From: Octopus vulgaris
Taxonomy: Eukaryota
Reading direction: 5' to 3'
Length of the DNA: 64,000 bases
Assembly: GCA_951406725.2 (NCBI GenBank)
Contig: OX597831.1
Span: 372,001-436,000, forward strand
A program made the translations under genes and the position numbers. Within the stretch, counting starts at the first letter, position 1. Each line of letters begins with the position of its first letter. The notes under the pieces are model-generated. The model ran no database searches. It saw only the letters and a program-made list of their open reading frames with translations, and was not told where the DNA came from. Below are positions 21,831 to 35,800 of the stretch, piece after piece.

Positions 21831-24387
21831 ATGATGCGATTGTTATTTCTGCAATGGTAAATGAAAGAATTTGGATCTGGTCAGTTAGAATATCTGGGCA
21901 GCATATGGCCAGTTTCAATGCTAAACAGGTTAACTCTAGTATTTAGATTACTCTGTCAAATGTTAATACTCACGTTTTGTTTTAATCCTGTTCAAGCTGA
22001 GTATCAAGTAATACTTGTCGGTTGGTGTTTTACCAATAATGAATTTTTGCCTATTCTATTATTGTTTGTTAAATTTAACTTCAATGGGAAGGTGAAATTC
22101 GTCATTGCTTTGTACACCTATCAAAATATTCTGCTGCATCTGACCAGAATTCACCAACATATCTGATTCAGCTAAAGACACGGCTATTTTCTTGTACATT
22201 TTGTAAGCCCGAATATAAATTCTTCAAACCTGGAGTTACTACAGGCATTATAGAGGCAGCCACGTCAGTAATATAAAAAGAGGAACATGAAAAAGTAAAA
22301 TTCACATATTTTCATCTGCATTTAAACAAATAGTTTTATCTCACCTTACCTTAAATAATTACATCATATCTTCGCTTTATTTTTAGGAATATCATAGTGT
22401 AAGTATGAAGACCAGATCAGGACAGTTTAATCATTAAAAAAATATGGCTGGTTTAAATACCTATGATGAAAGGATGAAAAAGAAAAAACAGAAAACTTGA
22501 CCTATCTTTAAACCATGACAGCATGACTTTCCATTTTATTATTTATTAGAATCAGCAAGATTTGGTCACTATTTCTTGCAAGGTCAGTAGACCTAGAAGT
22601 TGTTCTTTTGATAGTGGACATGGTTGTAATTGTTTAGCCCCAAGTTATCTCTGGTCCTGCTAATCTGTGACCAAACTGTCTTATTTCAGAGTATCTACAA
22701 CTCCATTATATGTTGCACTGCTATTTCTAGCTGGTTGGATGACCACATAATGGTAGCCTGATTTTCTAGTGATAATAGTTAAAACTTGTTACCATATTAA
22801 TGTTGAAATACACGACTTTACCTGGTATTTAGAGCATCAACATAAAATTTTGACGGAGTTATCTAAATTAAACTCTTTCAACCACTTTGATACCAACCCA
22901 CTCGAGACAACAACTGATTCCAAGATATTTCCCAACTCTTGAAACTAAATTTGTTTCAATTAATTTCTGCATTAATGAACTTAGTAAAACTTAAGATGAT
23001 GCCTGGAACATAAATTAAGATATTTTGATGGAAGGTTTTAATTTAAATCACTTTCAAACAGGAAGTTTGTATCATAGAATCAGTCGTCGTCTCAGTTGGG
23101 TTGGCATCAAAAGGGTCAACACTTATGTGGTTGCATAGCAATAAACAATTTCAAAAGATGACAGTTACATTGATGCATACTTCAAACACAAAACAAGTGG
23201 ACTTCAATGTTATTTACCGAATGTGTAATGGTTGGTATAAATTTTGCCTTAAAAAATTCCAGGCTTTCTGAAATTCATTGACACTACCCCTGATGTGCAC
23301 CCTTTCTTCTTTAGGGTCCTTTTACTATTCACCTTTGTCTTTTTCTGTGTACTGTGTGTATTTGTGGCTCTCATTGCAGTCTTTCTTTACATCACTTCAC
23401 TTATGACTGCTTTCTCCCCACCTCTTTTAAACATTTTCTGACGAGTTATAAGTGCATCTCAGCACTGTATACAATAATTTAAATCATTAACAAGAGAGAA
23501 AAGGTGGTAGGTTGGCAGAATCATTACAGTGTCTAATAAAATGTCTAACAGTATTGTTCAAATGCCACAAAGGTTGACTTCATTGTTTATGTTTGAGGGT
23601 TGATAAAACATGTAGCAATTGAGCATTGAAGTTGATATAACTGATTAACCCATTGCTCCACTAAAAATCTCAGGCCTTCAGTTTATGGAATGAAAGATTA
23701 TTAAAAAGAACAGGCAAAGATGAAGACAATAAAAAAGATAATTCATTTTGGATTGAAGCTGACATCTAAAACAACAGGATAACGTTGCTTGGAGACATCT
23801 GTGATTTATTCTGAGAACAAAATATGGTCTACAATGTTGAGTTTGATGACTGAGGGCAGGGTTTCAATTCTAGCTCCCAAGAAAAAAAAAAAAGAAAAAA
23901 ATTAACAAACATGGCTGGTGATTGTTTTTTTTTTTCTTACTTTCTTTATACAACAGCCTTGAATGCAGCAAGTCTGATCAAAAGATTAGCCATGGTGTCG
24001 ACATTCTTGGCAGCAGCAGCTAACATACACAGGCAGAGTTGCCTCATGTGGGTACGGTAGCGCAAGAGCAGTTCTGATGAGCTCAGTGACTAGACAACTG
24101 AGCTAGGTGGTTGTTGTAGTAGTAGTAGTAGTAGTAATAGTATAGTGGTGGTGGTGGTGGTAATAATACAAGTAGTAGTGATAGTAGTCACTCACACACA
24201 CACACACACGCAAGCGCATCCACCCACCCACATTCACATCTGTCTCTCCTTCACTCATTAAAAAAAAAATACAAAGAAATAAAAAAGAAAAACAAACAAT
24301 CCAAACTATCACACAAACACATTCAACACAATCAATCTGATGTGATTCAGTCTCACTCACTTGAGCCATTCACTCACTCACTCAACC

Positions 24388-24636
24388 TCAGTCGGCATGG
24401 GATGGTCTCTGTGGATGGTCAGAAAATTCCACCTTGTACTTATTGTAGCAATAATAAGGGGCACAGTCCGGAAATATTTTCTCAATACTTGTCTTCGATG
24501 GCCGAATGCCCTCCGTTTTACCCGTCATCCACTGCATACAAGCCAACTCCTGGTCATTTGTCACGTGATCTTTACGCCAATCGTTAACCCACTTGTCAAA
24601 CTTTTTGTGTAGCCTTAACGACACTCTTTTGTGGGA
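24388..24636 (-). CDS. SIN3A: SIN3A terminal coding exon
   Basis: tttcag|TCC CAC; [26 protein letters not shown]...WMTG...YNKYKVEF...HAD then TGA. Confidence 0.93.
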   Translation of the reverse strand, partial: SHKRVSLRLHKKFDKWVNDWRKDHVTNDQELACMQWMTGKTEGIRPSKTSIEKIFPDCAPYYCYNKYKVEFSDHPQRPSHAD

Positions 24637-26854
24637 CTGAAAAAAAAATACAAAACAAAAAGTTAAATTATTTCTGAACAAGTCACCAAGCAGTAGTAAG
24701 TACCGCTCAATCATTTCAAATATAATTAATAGTAATTAGAATGTATGGTTATAATAATGCATAGCAACCAGCAATCACAGAGAAACAGAAAAGTCAACAC
24801 AAGGGGAACATACAAAAAAAAAAAAACATGCTTCAATATAAGCTGTTTATTTCTAAGAGAAAAAAAAAAAATGTAGAAATTTGTTAAGAATGCTCAATGT
24901 GTTAGGCAGCCATATAGACAAAATGTAGAGTGGAGAGTTGAGGGGAAACAAAGAACCCTGGCATGCAAATAGCAGGTATTATAAAAAAAAAAAAAAAAGA
25001 CAAGAGAAAGAATTCAACTAAGAACCACTGCAATTACTGGGAATGGCAGGTGCATGCTATAATTTGAGACAAGCTAAACATATCCCTTCCATAGTGACAA
25101 AAAAAAAAAAAAAAAAAAATCCAAATCGCCCAATTGTTTTGTATTATTAATGAAAGAAAATAGAATGTATTTTTGTTAATACTAAGGGGAAAAATCCCCC
25201 CAGAGAATAGTCTTGTAATTTTTCCTTATGATACTTTAATTCAATTGTCTAAGACAATGAAATTAGAAGACAGAAAAAGGATGGATATATATGTATACAC
25301 ACACACACACAAAAATAAATAAAACTTATTAAGTTATTAAAATGTCTGAAAAGTTTGGCAAAAGGCCTAAATGTTTCATGTATTCAATATTGATTTATTT
25401 TGATCAGACAAGGCCAACTATCATAAATTAAGAATAATATATTCATCGTAAGTACTTATTGACTTAAGAGGAGTATATATAAAATGATAATTTATCCCAT
25501 TGGCACAAAGTCAAACATATTTTGGGGAGAGTCTAGGCAATCGATTTAATGAACCCTCAGAAGACATTCGTATATTACAACAATTCTCATTTCTTTTTTT
25601 AAAAAGCAAACAGGGAACAGTGAAAGTGCAGAGAAGAAACAAGTATTTGTTAGTAATAGAGAAGAGAATGTGTAACTGGTCAAGATTAGAGAGATCAAGG
25701 ATTGAAAGTTTAATGGTAATTAATGAAAGCTAAGTTTGTTCTGCCTGGCATAGGGGAAAAATTACAAATGGTAGGTTATGTAAAGTTCAGTTATTTGAAA
25801 ATCTTATATATGTATCAAGAGAAACTTAATGAAGTGACCCCAAAACAAGCATTAGACTAATAAACCTCGCTTAATGAGATGATGAAAACACAATAATCCT
25901 CAAACAGGATAAACAAAAAAAATTAAGGAAACGTCGACTCCAGGTCTTGAGTTTCATTGGATCAGTCTAGAGATAATTATTGGTAAAGGATCGACATTTG
26001 TAAAAAAAAATTTGCTTTATTAGAAAAAAAATGTGTGGAAAAAGGGGAACAATAAAGTATGGAAGCTAAGTAATAAATTTGTGATGAGTGTGGCAGTAAT
26101 TAAAATGGGGGAAATTTAGGAAATGGTTCCTATGCTAAAAAAATAGTATGAATTTTGGAACTTGTTTTAAAGTAGGTCAAAATAAGATAACCGAACTATA
26201 TTTAAGGAAACAGCTCGTCTTTCTTACACAGAAACGTGCCATTGTTATTTTTTTATGTAAAAAGTTTATAGATGACAGAAAAAAAAAGTGACTTACCTCC
26301 CTTGCATGTTTCAACGAGAGCTTTTTGTACAAATAACTCTCGCTGTTCACCACATAAACCATTTTAAATGAGTTCACATTGAACTTGCATTCAGTGTTGT
26401 CGATAATGTCCATGTCATTATGTAACTGCTTATGATAGGCAGCGCCACTGTCACGATCACAGTCTTTTCCGAGGGAATCCTTCAGTAAATTACGAAGTCT
26501 CAGGTTCCTGTGAAGGGGAAATAAGTTTTCAGTAAAACTGGATCAACAAGGAATGGCTAACTGGCAGTAAAAGAGGCTGTCTGCAAAGTTTCATGACCGT
26601 TGAGTGGCTGAAGCTAATAAATCCAACCACTTATCGACAGTAGGTCAGTCACCATTGCTCATGGGAAAGCAAGGCAGTAGAGTCAAGCCAGTCGTCCTTA
26701 CAAGTGACAAGTCAAACGAGCGGAGCTGTTGTAGAGTCATTAACGATAATTATTAATAACAGAGTATCTTATTCAGTCAAATGGTCAGAGAAGCAATTCG
26801 GTCAGGCCTACTTGTAAAGTCAACAGATGAAAAATATCAGCTCCTCCCCCAACC

Positions 26855-26895
<41 letters not shown>

Positions 26896-29800
26896 GGACC
26901 CTCCTCCCAGAAGTTGGAAGAAGGGAGAGGAAATGGCATGGAAAATTTTCAGTATTATTAATGAGGGGACACTGCAGTGTGTATGCGTGTGTGTGTGTGA
27001 GAGAGAGAACAGGAGAATAGATGATAGAAACTATAGAACCTGCATCAGAATCAAGTTAACAGTTACTATAGCTAGCAGATAAAGTCAATTTATTGAACAA
27101 ATATGAAGAAATTAAATGTTCAAACTTTATAAAATATTTGACAAACAAAACTGCCACAAGTCCAAGATTCTGGCTTACAGAAACTATTTAGAAATAAATT
27201 CAACTAGATTACATTTCACAGTTGTTTGGTACACAGCATCAGGTGTTCCAAGCACACTTGGATACCTTAACAGCAATGGAACACTATTGCGATAAAGTGT
27301 TCCCCTGATGATGATCCCTTACAGTTAGGGCATCCAAATACACTTGGAACACCCAATGCTGAGTTTCAAACTGCAATGGTGAAACGCACAAGAAGAAATG
27401 ATCTATTTTGTGTTTATTTTAATTCTCCCCTACATATGCACTACACACCATAACTAGTAACACTTGATTTCCACATCACTTATTAGAAGGAAATTGGTTG
27501 GGTTAAAAAATATTCCAGTATATCAGCTAATAATTGAAGGTTCAGCCACAAATGTACCACTAAAGAGGAAGTCACATGTAGACCAGAAGTGGTGCTGAGT
27601 GTCTACACACTCAACTACCACTGCATGTATGTGATTCACCATGATTAGAAACACAAGGTGCAACTATGGCCATGTGGTTAAAGAGTGCCTTCCAGTTATG
27701 TGGTTTTGGGTTCACTTGCACTGCAGGGCAACTTGAAGGCAAGTGCTTTTAATTGTAGCTGTGGGCTGATCAAAACCTTCAGAGTGGATTTGGTAGATGA
27801 AAATTGAAAGACCATTGTGTTATCGTTTTAATGCACACTTCTACAGAAATCGCAACATATGGGTGGTTTTGTTGCCAGTTCTTGTCAACAAATTCTCCAA
27901 TCACTTTACACCTTCACAGCCACTTAGAATGAGACACTATACTTGAAAATCAGGTAAGGGCCTGCAACAGAAAGAGCGTCTGGCTGTAAAACAATGCCTT
28001 GATAATATATTCTTGTAGTCGATGCAAATGTGGGAAAATGGTGGGGGGGGGGGAGTCAAACAACTGTGTCCAAGTATGGTCTCACATTAAGGAATTTTCC
28101 TTGAGTGTCCTCTTATTTCTTTGATGTCTTGTCTGGAAAGAATGTCCTTAAATGCATTAGTTTAACAATTCACACTCCCACAACCCCATTTCCAAAAATA
28201 AACTAGTGGAAATGTACAATAATTTTGAAAAAGGGAATTGTGAAATTTGGAATGGCCAGGACTAATGTACTTAGGAAATATACCTAACAAGACATCAGGG
28301 ACTAATAAAGAAATACCACCCCCACCTCCAGTCAAACTTCAAGATAAAGATGTTATAGGGAGGGGAGCAAACTGATACTAGTTATCAAGCAGCAAGGGAA
28401 ACCCACATACACAGAGCAAGCTTCTAGTTACCATGTACCAAATTTACCCACAAGACACTGATTGGCTCAAGGCTATATAGTGGGAAATATTTGCCCAAGA
28501 TGGCAAGCAGTGGGATCATATCAGTTAACATCCTTTTGCCCATGCTGGCATGGGCTGGATGGTTTGCCCAGGCCCCAGTCTGATTTGGCATGGTTTTTAT
28601 ATTTATACACACACACACACAAAATCTTTTACTGTTTTCAGTCATTGGACTGTGGCTATGCTGGGGAACCGCCTTCAAAGATTCAGTTGAACAAATCGAT
28701 CTCAGTACGTTTTCGTACTAACGATTATGTGTGTGTGCGTGCACACATGATGAGCTTTTAGTTTTCATCTACCAAGTTCACCTATAAGGTCAGGGTTGTA
28801 GCAGAAGACACCTGCCCAAGGAATGTAGTTGGGAAGCAAACTCCGTACCACACAGCCACACCTGTGGCTATACAATACATACAGGTTTGTATTTGCAAAA
28901 GAGTTATTGAGAGATATGCTTTTCCATTTCACAATAGGTGTAAATACAACGGAGCCCAAAAGTTCCTTCTCATTGCAAAAGATGTTTTAAATCAACTTAA
29001 AACACAACTAAAAACCCCAATACGATAAACACAAAAGTTGAAACCAAAAAAAAAAAAAACACGATAAACAGCTTAAACACCTATGTTATTTTGTATTATA
29101 TCACGAATATCTGAAGAAAGAGTTTTAAGCATTTTGGTTCCACTTCCAGTACTGTGATAGTAAACTGTGTTGAGATGTTGAGCTAGTCTTTTACTGGCTG
29201 CTACCAATGGACTATAGTCATGCTGGAACACTACCTTCAATGGTTTATTTTAGTCTATCAAACCTAGTGGTCTGATATTACATTTCTAAGATATGAAATG
29301 CAAAGTAGACATCGGTACAGGGGAAGATAGATCAGAAATACAGTAGGGTATTTATTTACAGGACATTACATCTCCTGCTTTTGTTTATCAAATTGCACTC
29401 TCACAATATTTGTCAACCCGATGCTACGGTAGAAAATACTTGCCTTAAGTACCCTACAGTGGTTTCATATTTAAACTGCCCACTATAATTTTACACAAGA
29501 CCCTTTCATTTAACTCTTTAGTATTTAAACTGGTCATATCCAGCTCAGATAGTCTACCTGTTTTATTTTCAAACCAGCCAGATTCAGCCTGTCACACCTA
29601 CCCTATAATATTCTAAATATAAATAATCACATCACTGAAATCTCAAAGCCATGATCAACTCAAAACAATGTTAATAAATAAGCATGGCATTTGACAAAAT
29701 AATCTGAATGCTAAAGGATTAAGTTATTTTATTAAATCCCCTCGTTTTCAAAATTTATTAAATTTCCTTTATTTCAGTGCTGAAATAAAAAAGTGTTCAT

Positions 29801-32800
29801 TATACACGTGGTCCTCATTGAAATGTGGTAGAGAAATCAACAACATTTGGACATAAAAGTTCCCTTGTTGTATGGATATAGGATTATGATGAGTAGTTTT
29901 GTTATTAATATAGTGAGCTGGAAGAATCTTCACTGCAGTGGATTGGGGGTTTATGTTCTGAATTGAAATACCACCAAGGTCAACTTTGCCTTTCATCCTT
30001 TCAGGGTCAAAGTAAGTACCAGTTGAACACTGGGGTTGATGTAATTGACTAGACCCCACCCTGAAAATTTTAGGCAGCGAGTTGGCAGAATTGATAACGC
30101 ATCAGCCAAAATGTTACGAGGCATTTCCTCTGGCTCTACGTTCTGAGTTCAAATGCTGCGAAGTTCAACTGTTTCAGAGTAGTTATAAAAAGGACCAGCT
30201 GAGTACAGGAGGATGACTAATTCCCCACCCCCAAAATAATGGCCTTGTGCCAAAACTTGAAAGATGTTAACACTTGTGATGTCGAAGACTGTCTTTAGAT
30301 GAACTTAAGTCACATTTTTTTTTTTTTTTTTTTTTTGCAGTTTTACTTAACCTCCCCCCATTCATCCTAGTAAACAGGATTAAAAATATTTTCATTGTTT
30401 TCTTTTTGGGCTTTCAGCTAGAAAAAAGATCGAGTGGCAGGTGTCAAACATGTCAGTCAACAGCAACAACATACTCAACTGTGATGGCCACCCAACATTT
30501 CACACCAAAATAAAAGCTTATTTCAAAATTAAGTTTAAAAAACTCCACCTATTATAACACTTGCATTGTCACACAATATTTCAGTGAGTGTAATACACAC
30601 ACATACACACACTTGCCACAAATTTAATAGACAAGCACCTCAACTTATATCACTTTATGGCAACCTGATTGACAGGAAGTTAAAAAGTAACATAAAAACA
30701 CAAGCTGTCTAAAACTGGAGATAATGTTAAAAACTTAGACAAATTAATTTTATCAAAAATGGGAAGAGTCCATTGTAGTCAGTTGCAAAGGTGCTCGTGT
30801 TTAGTCTTGACAGAGCAGACTTATGGTTTAAGAGAGTCCAGCTAAGATCTCTCCATTTTTAAAAAAAAATATTTATGACTCCGTGTTTAAGTCTTTTATT
30901 CAAGGAGTCGATGTAATAAAGTATCCATCCAAGGAAATGTATTGATGTAACTGTTAAAGCATTAGGACAAAATGCCTAGAAAATAACAGGAATCCTACTA
31001 TGTACTGGGCCACAACAATTCCATGAAACATGTTTAATATTGAAGGCCCACAAAGACCGTTTGCCAGCCTTATAAGCACAAAAGAAAATTGTCAAATGCA
31101 TCCTTCCATTAACAGAACAAGGACATAAAATTGTTATTTCTAGCAGATTGCACAGTTTCTCAGAAATACTTTTCAGATTGGTTAGACACTACTATCACTA
31201 TGTACATGCCAAAATAACAGGGATAATCCCATTTTGGATCTAAAGTTTCTACAAATCCAGGACCTGAATAGGATTTAATCTTTATACAGGCAAAAAGCAC
31301 AGGCATGGCTGTGAAGCTAAAGCATTTGCTTCACAACCACACAGTTTCAGATTCAGTACCACCGCATGGCACCTTGGGCAAGTGTCTTCCACAGCCCAGG
31401 GCCAATTGCATCTTAGTGAGTGTAACTGGTGGGTAGAAACTGTAAGAAACCTGTCATGTGTGTGTTCATGTCTTGGGATCAAGTAATAGTTATAAACAAG
31501 TGCCACTGTTATACAAGCAGTGTCCATTTCAATGCAAACATATCCTGCCACAGGAAATCTGATTCAATGAATTCTTGCCGACTCATGCAAGCATGGGAAA
31601 GTGGATGTTAAAGTGACGATGACAAGGTGTTAGTTTTCCACAGGCAATTTTCTCAATATCCAGACCCTCCCTGGAACCCATCTGTCAAAGGTGAAGTCAA
31701 GTGAGACAATGTAAAGCAAGCAAAACACCTTAAGCCAATGCGGAAGTCTCTTTGTGGTCACCCAACCTGGAAAATGGCAACCAAATCACACCCTACTGTC
31801 TTAAACAGAAAATAGAAAGGCCACTGGATGAATGAGTTCTAGATACACAGTTCCTAAATAAAAAAAATGCAATGTTGTTGTAGTAGAAATGCCTTTACTT
31901 GTAAGTCTGCTCAATCAGGGTGAATCCAGGAACTAAATATCCAAAGACCTAGAACAGACAACCTTTGTTCCATAAGTCATACAAGTTCATCAACAAAAAT
32001 CAAAGTCCCCAGCCCCACCTCAAACTTTTCTTTTTTTAAATTTAACTCTAAATAAATCCCTACAGTTCAATATTAGCCTTTTTTTGTAATCTATACAGAA
32101 AGATTTGAGAAAAAATAAAACAAAAAGCCTAACAAAAACTGACTTAGCTTAAGTTATTTTGACAATGACACTATGTTCCTGAGAATTATAACCCAATAGG
32201 AGTGGAAAGGCAGATTTGTTAGATATGCAAGTGAGAAAAGAAGGATTAAAGATTATGAAAGTCATAAAATCAGAGAAATGTTGTTCGTTAATGAATGGGA
32301 CAGTGAGTTGAAGAGAAGCAATGGGAATGGGTCAAATTAAAAAAAAAAAAAAACATTCCCACCTTTACAATAAACAAAAAACCCCAAACCAAAAAGGCAG
32401 CAATTAGTTGGTGTATATAAAAAACCAGTTATGTAAATGCAGCTGAAACACAGCACCAAAGCAGTGGGTGGGAGTTTGTAACAAAACAAAAATAAGAAAA
32501 AATACTACAGCATAGCAAATATCTAGAAATGGCAACGAGAAGAGGGTGGGAAAGAAGAAGCAAAAGAATGAGCTAAAACAATAGTGCAGCATGATTACAG
32601 ACTTATCTTCTCATTGCAATGTGTATAGGTGTTTACGCACATAAAAAATGTATGTATATATATGCATGTGCACATTTGTAATACAAAGATATTTATATAC
32701 ATATGTGCACACATTATATACAAACATATTTACATGTGCATCCAAAGTGTACATAATACAAAAAGAAAGAAAACGTTTGCATACAGTCAAAGAGAAAAAT

Positions 32801-35800
32801 AAAAACCAGTTGGTCGAATGTACTTTACCTCGGGAGAAAGACCGCCTTTTTTGTGAGGCTCTCCTGAACATCAATGGGCAGGGCAGAGTCTGCCGTGTAA
32901 CTCTCAATATAGTTAGCCCACTTAGTTGCACTGGTTGGATCCTCAGTGCCATCATCAGATTGCTCATGCTGTTCTGTATCCAGAAGCTCAATGGTAAGCC
33001 GATAATCTCTCTTAAACTACAATGGTAACAAACAACAGTAGCAGATTAGTCATTTATTGCAATTTATGTTCACAAGGAGAAATTCAACACTCCTTGCAAG
33101 CCAAACTATTACATGCCAGCCATGAGCAAACTGTAGGACTTTTTGAAAAGCATGCCTACTCAAAAATCCAATTTTTTTTTAAGTAGTGCAGTCTGCTTCA
33201 CAAGAAAGACTGCCCATGTCTGCTCAATGCAATCACTCAATATGCATGAAATAGCATCCAGATGACCATATCTTTAGAAAAAAAAACAAAAACCACAGGA
33301 CACACTGAACAATGTTCTAGATACAGAAAATCTAGAGTAAACTAAAAAGAATAGTCATGGCCAGAATACTTCTGATCAGGGTTGATCTGAGTGAGAACAA
33401 AATATATTCTTTTCTGGTAAGAGTAGTTTCCTTGTATAATTTCAAACTTATTTTCATGAAAAGAAGCCTGTACTTAAAACTCTTGTTACCATATTTCTAT
33501 TGAAATACACTGCATGTGTTTCAATTTTGAAAAATAGCAAATTTATTAAAACAACTTAAGTGGTTGTTTGGAATACACCTTACAAAGCTTTTAACATACT
33601 TCTTCCCGGACACACATTAACCAACAACAGCATAATTTAAACAGCAACCATAGTAACTCCACATAATTCATCCAACACACTCCTCCAGTCCCAAGGAGGA
33701 CTTCCCTACTTCTGTTGCTCTATGAAACAAGAGGTAAACATACGGAAGCACCATTACCTTATGAACATTTTACATCATTCAGATATTAATGAGGCAGTAG
33801 GACAAAAAACATTGTGCTCTTTTTTTTTTATTATGTCCATCCATCAGATCAAAACCCTCAAATCTTATGTCACAGTAACATGCAAAAAGTCAATTTACAG
33901 TGAACAGGAAAAGAAAAAAAATCCAGCAAAATCTGCCACTCACAATCATTATCTTAAAGCAGTTCTCATCACTAAGCAGACTTTCTACCCGTTTCTGATA
34001 CAGACTTTCAGCTTGAATTCTCTGATGACTAGTGGCAACTCGGCCACCAACAGCATTATTCTTTGCCTCTTCATGGTAGATTCTATAGATGTGTGAACAG
34101 GTGTCATCACTAGTGAAATGGGTAAGCTGTAAAAGACAGCCAAAGAGGAGAAGAAAAGAAAACAGAAAAATTAGAAAAACAGATAAAAGTATGTAGTGGG
34201 CAAATAGTAAAACTAAATGTACACAGTTCTTTTCAAGGATTGGCAAGTTACATTGACTTTAAATGTCCCCACCAACAGACAAAATACAAACAAACAAAAA
34301 AAGCAGGTTGGAGAACAGTGAGTACACAAGCAGTTCTCTGAGGATTAAAGAATTGCATGGAATTTAAATGTCAAAGTTCATTTTGGAAAAGTGAGGATGA
34401 GTTGCTATAATAATCCAGCTATGCATATGTGGCTACGAAATTTGGTTCCAAACCATATGGAACCGTGAGCAAATGTTTACTATAACCTCAGGCAACTGAA
34501 AGCCATGCAAGTAGATTTGGTAGACAAACTGAAAGAAACCAATCATACGTGTATCATTCAACTACAGTAGTAGTTGAATATTCTTAAGGCTGCAATTTAC
34601 TCTCACACAGCATCCTTCAGAGCTTATTGCTAATTCAGTTCTTAACCAAATGGTAAACTTCCCATTTTTGAAGAGGACTGGCCCCTAGCTACATTTTGGC
34701 ATAAAAAAATTGAGATTTGGTCCAATAGAAAAAAGTTTACACCTAAATAACTTTTTTTTTTTTTTTAAAAGCAAAATATATTTACGGAGATGTACTCGCA
34801 TAGCAAGTAATTTGATCTGAGATCGTGTGCTGAAACGAAAACAATTGCAGCGTAGAAGGTGTTTATAAGCCATTTAAGAAACACACAAAAGCCGTTCGAT
34901 TCACTTCAACATTTAAGTTTAATTTGTCAAAATATTTTCGTTAAAATCCGCGATAAATATATTTATCTTAGATTCAATCATAGTTTTGGTCCCATGCAAC
35001 AAAAATTTGCATTGATAAAATTGTGAGGTAAAATATCACAAAAAAAATATAAGGCAAAAAGTTGGATTTAAGTAGAATTAACTCTTATTTTAAAAACAAA
35101 CTATATTTTAATTAAGTTTAAATGATAGAGCTCAATTCGAAGAATTTCATGGTATCAATCTCATGCAATGAAGTTTTAAAAGAAAAAAGTTATGAGTGTT
35201 TGATTCTCAAATTTGAGGATGATAATATAGTTCTATACTTTATGAATATAGTTCTAGGGGACTTTTAATATGTCACCGGCATCACTGAGGTAAGCAAAAA
35301 ATTATCAACAACACCTAATTGACACATTCATTAGCATAATAGCATAGCCTGGAAAAAACATGGATTACATGGAAAAATGCAAGCAAAGAGAAATAATATC
35401 CTTAAGATTATAAATCTGGAAAAGTTCAGAATAAGTTATACATCTGGTAAAGTACAGAACAAGAACATTTTTTACTTAAAATATTGCAGTTAAGGATAAA
35501 GTTTGAATATTAAAAATTATTTGATTTTAATTTACAAAGTAACAATTAAAAAAAGGAACCATCATTTTTTTAAAATAGTGACACTAGAATTAAACTTTTG
35601 GTTTTAATAAAAGCTAATATTTTCTAAATCTAAATATTTTATTTGAAATTTTATCCTTAGCTGCAATATTTTAAGTAAAAAATTTCTTGTTCTGTACTTT
35701 ACCAGATGCAACAACTTGTCCTGTGCTTTTTCAGATTTATAATCTTAATATTTCTTTTGCTAGCAGTTTTCCATGTAATGTAGTGAGTGGGTGTGTTTAT

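Noticed and set aside
24074-24103. CTGATGA followed by a hairpin (gctcagt...actgagc), resembling a hammerhead ribozyme
   Set aside because: GAAA is missing after the stem (TAGG instead), stems I and III are absent, and it lies antisense to the SIN3A 3' UTR.
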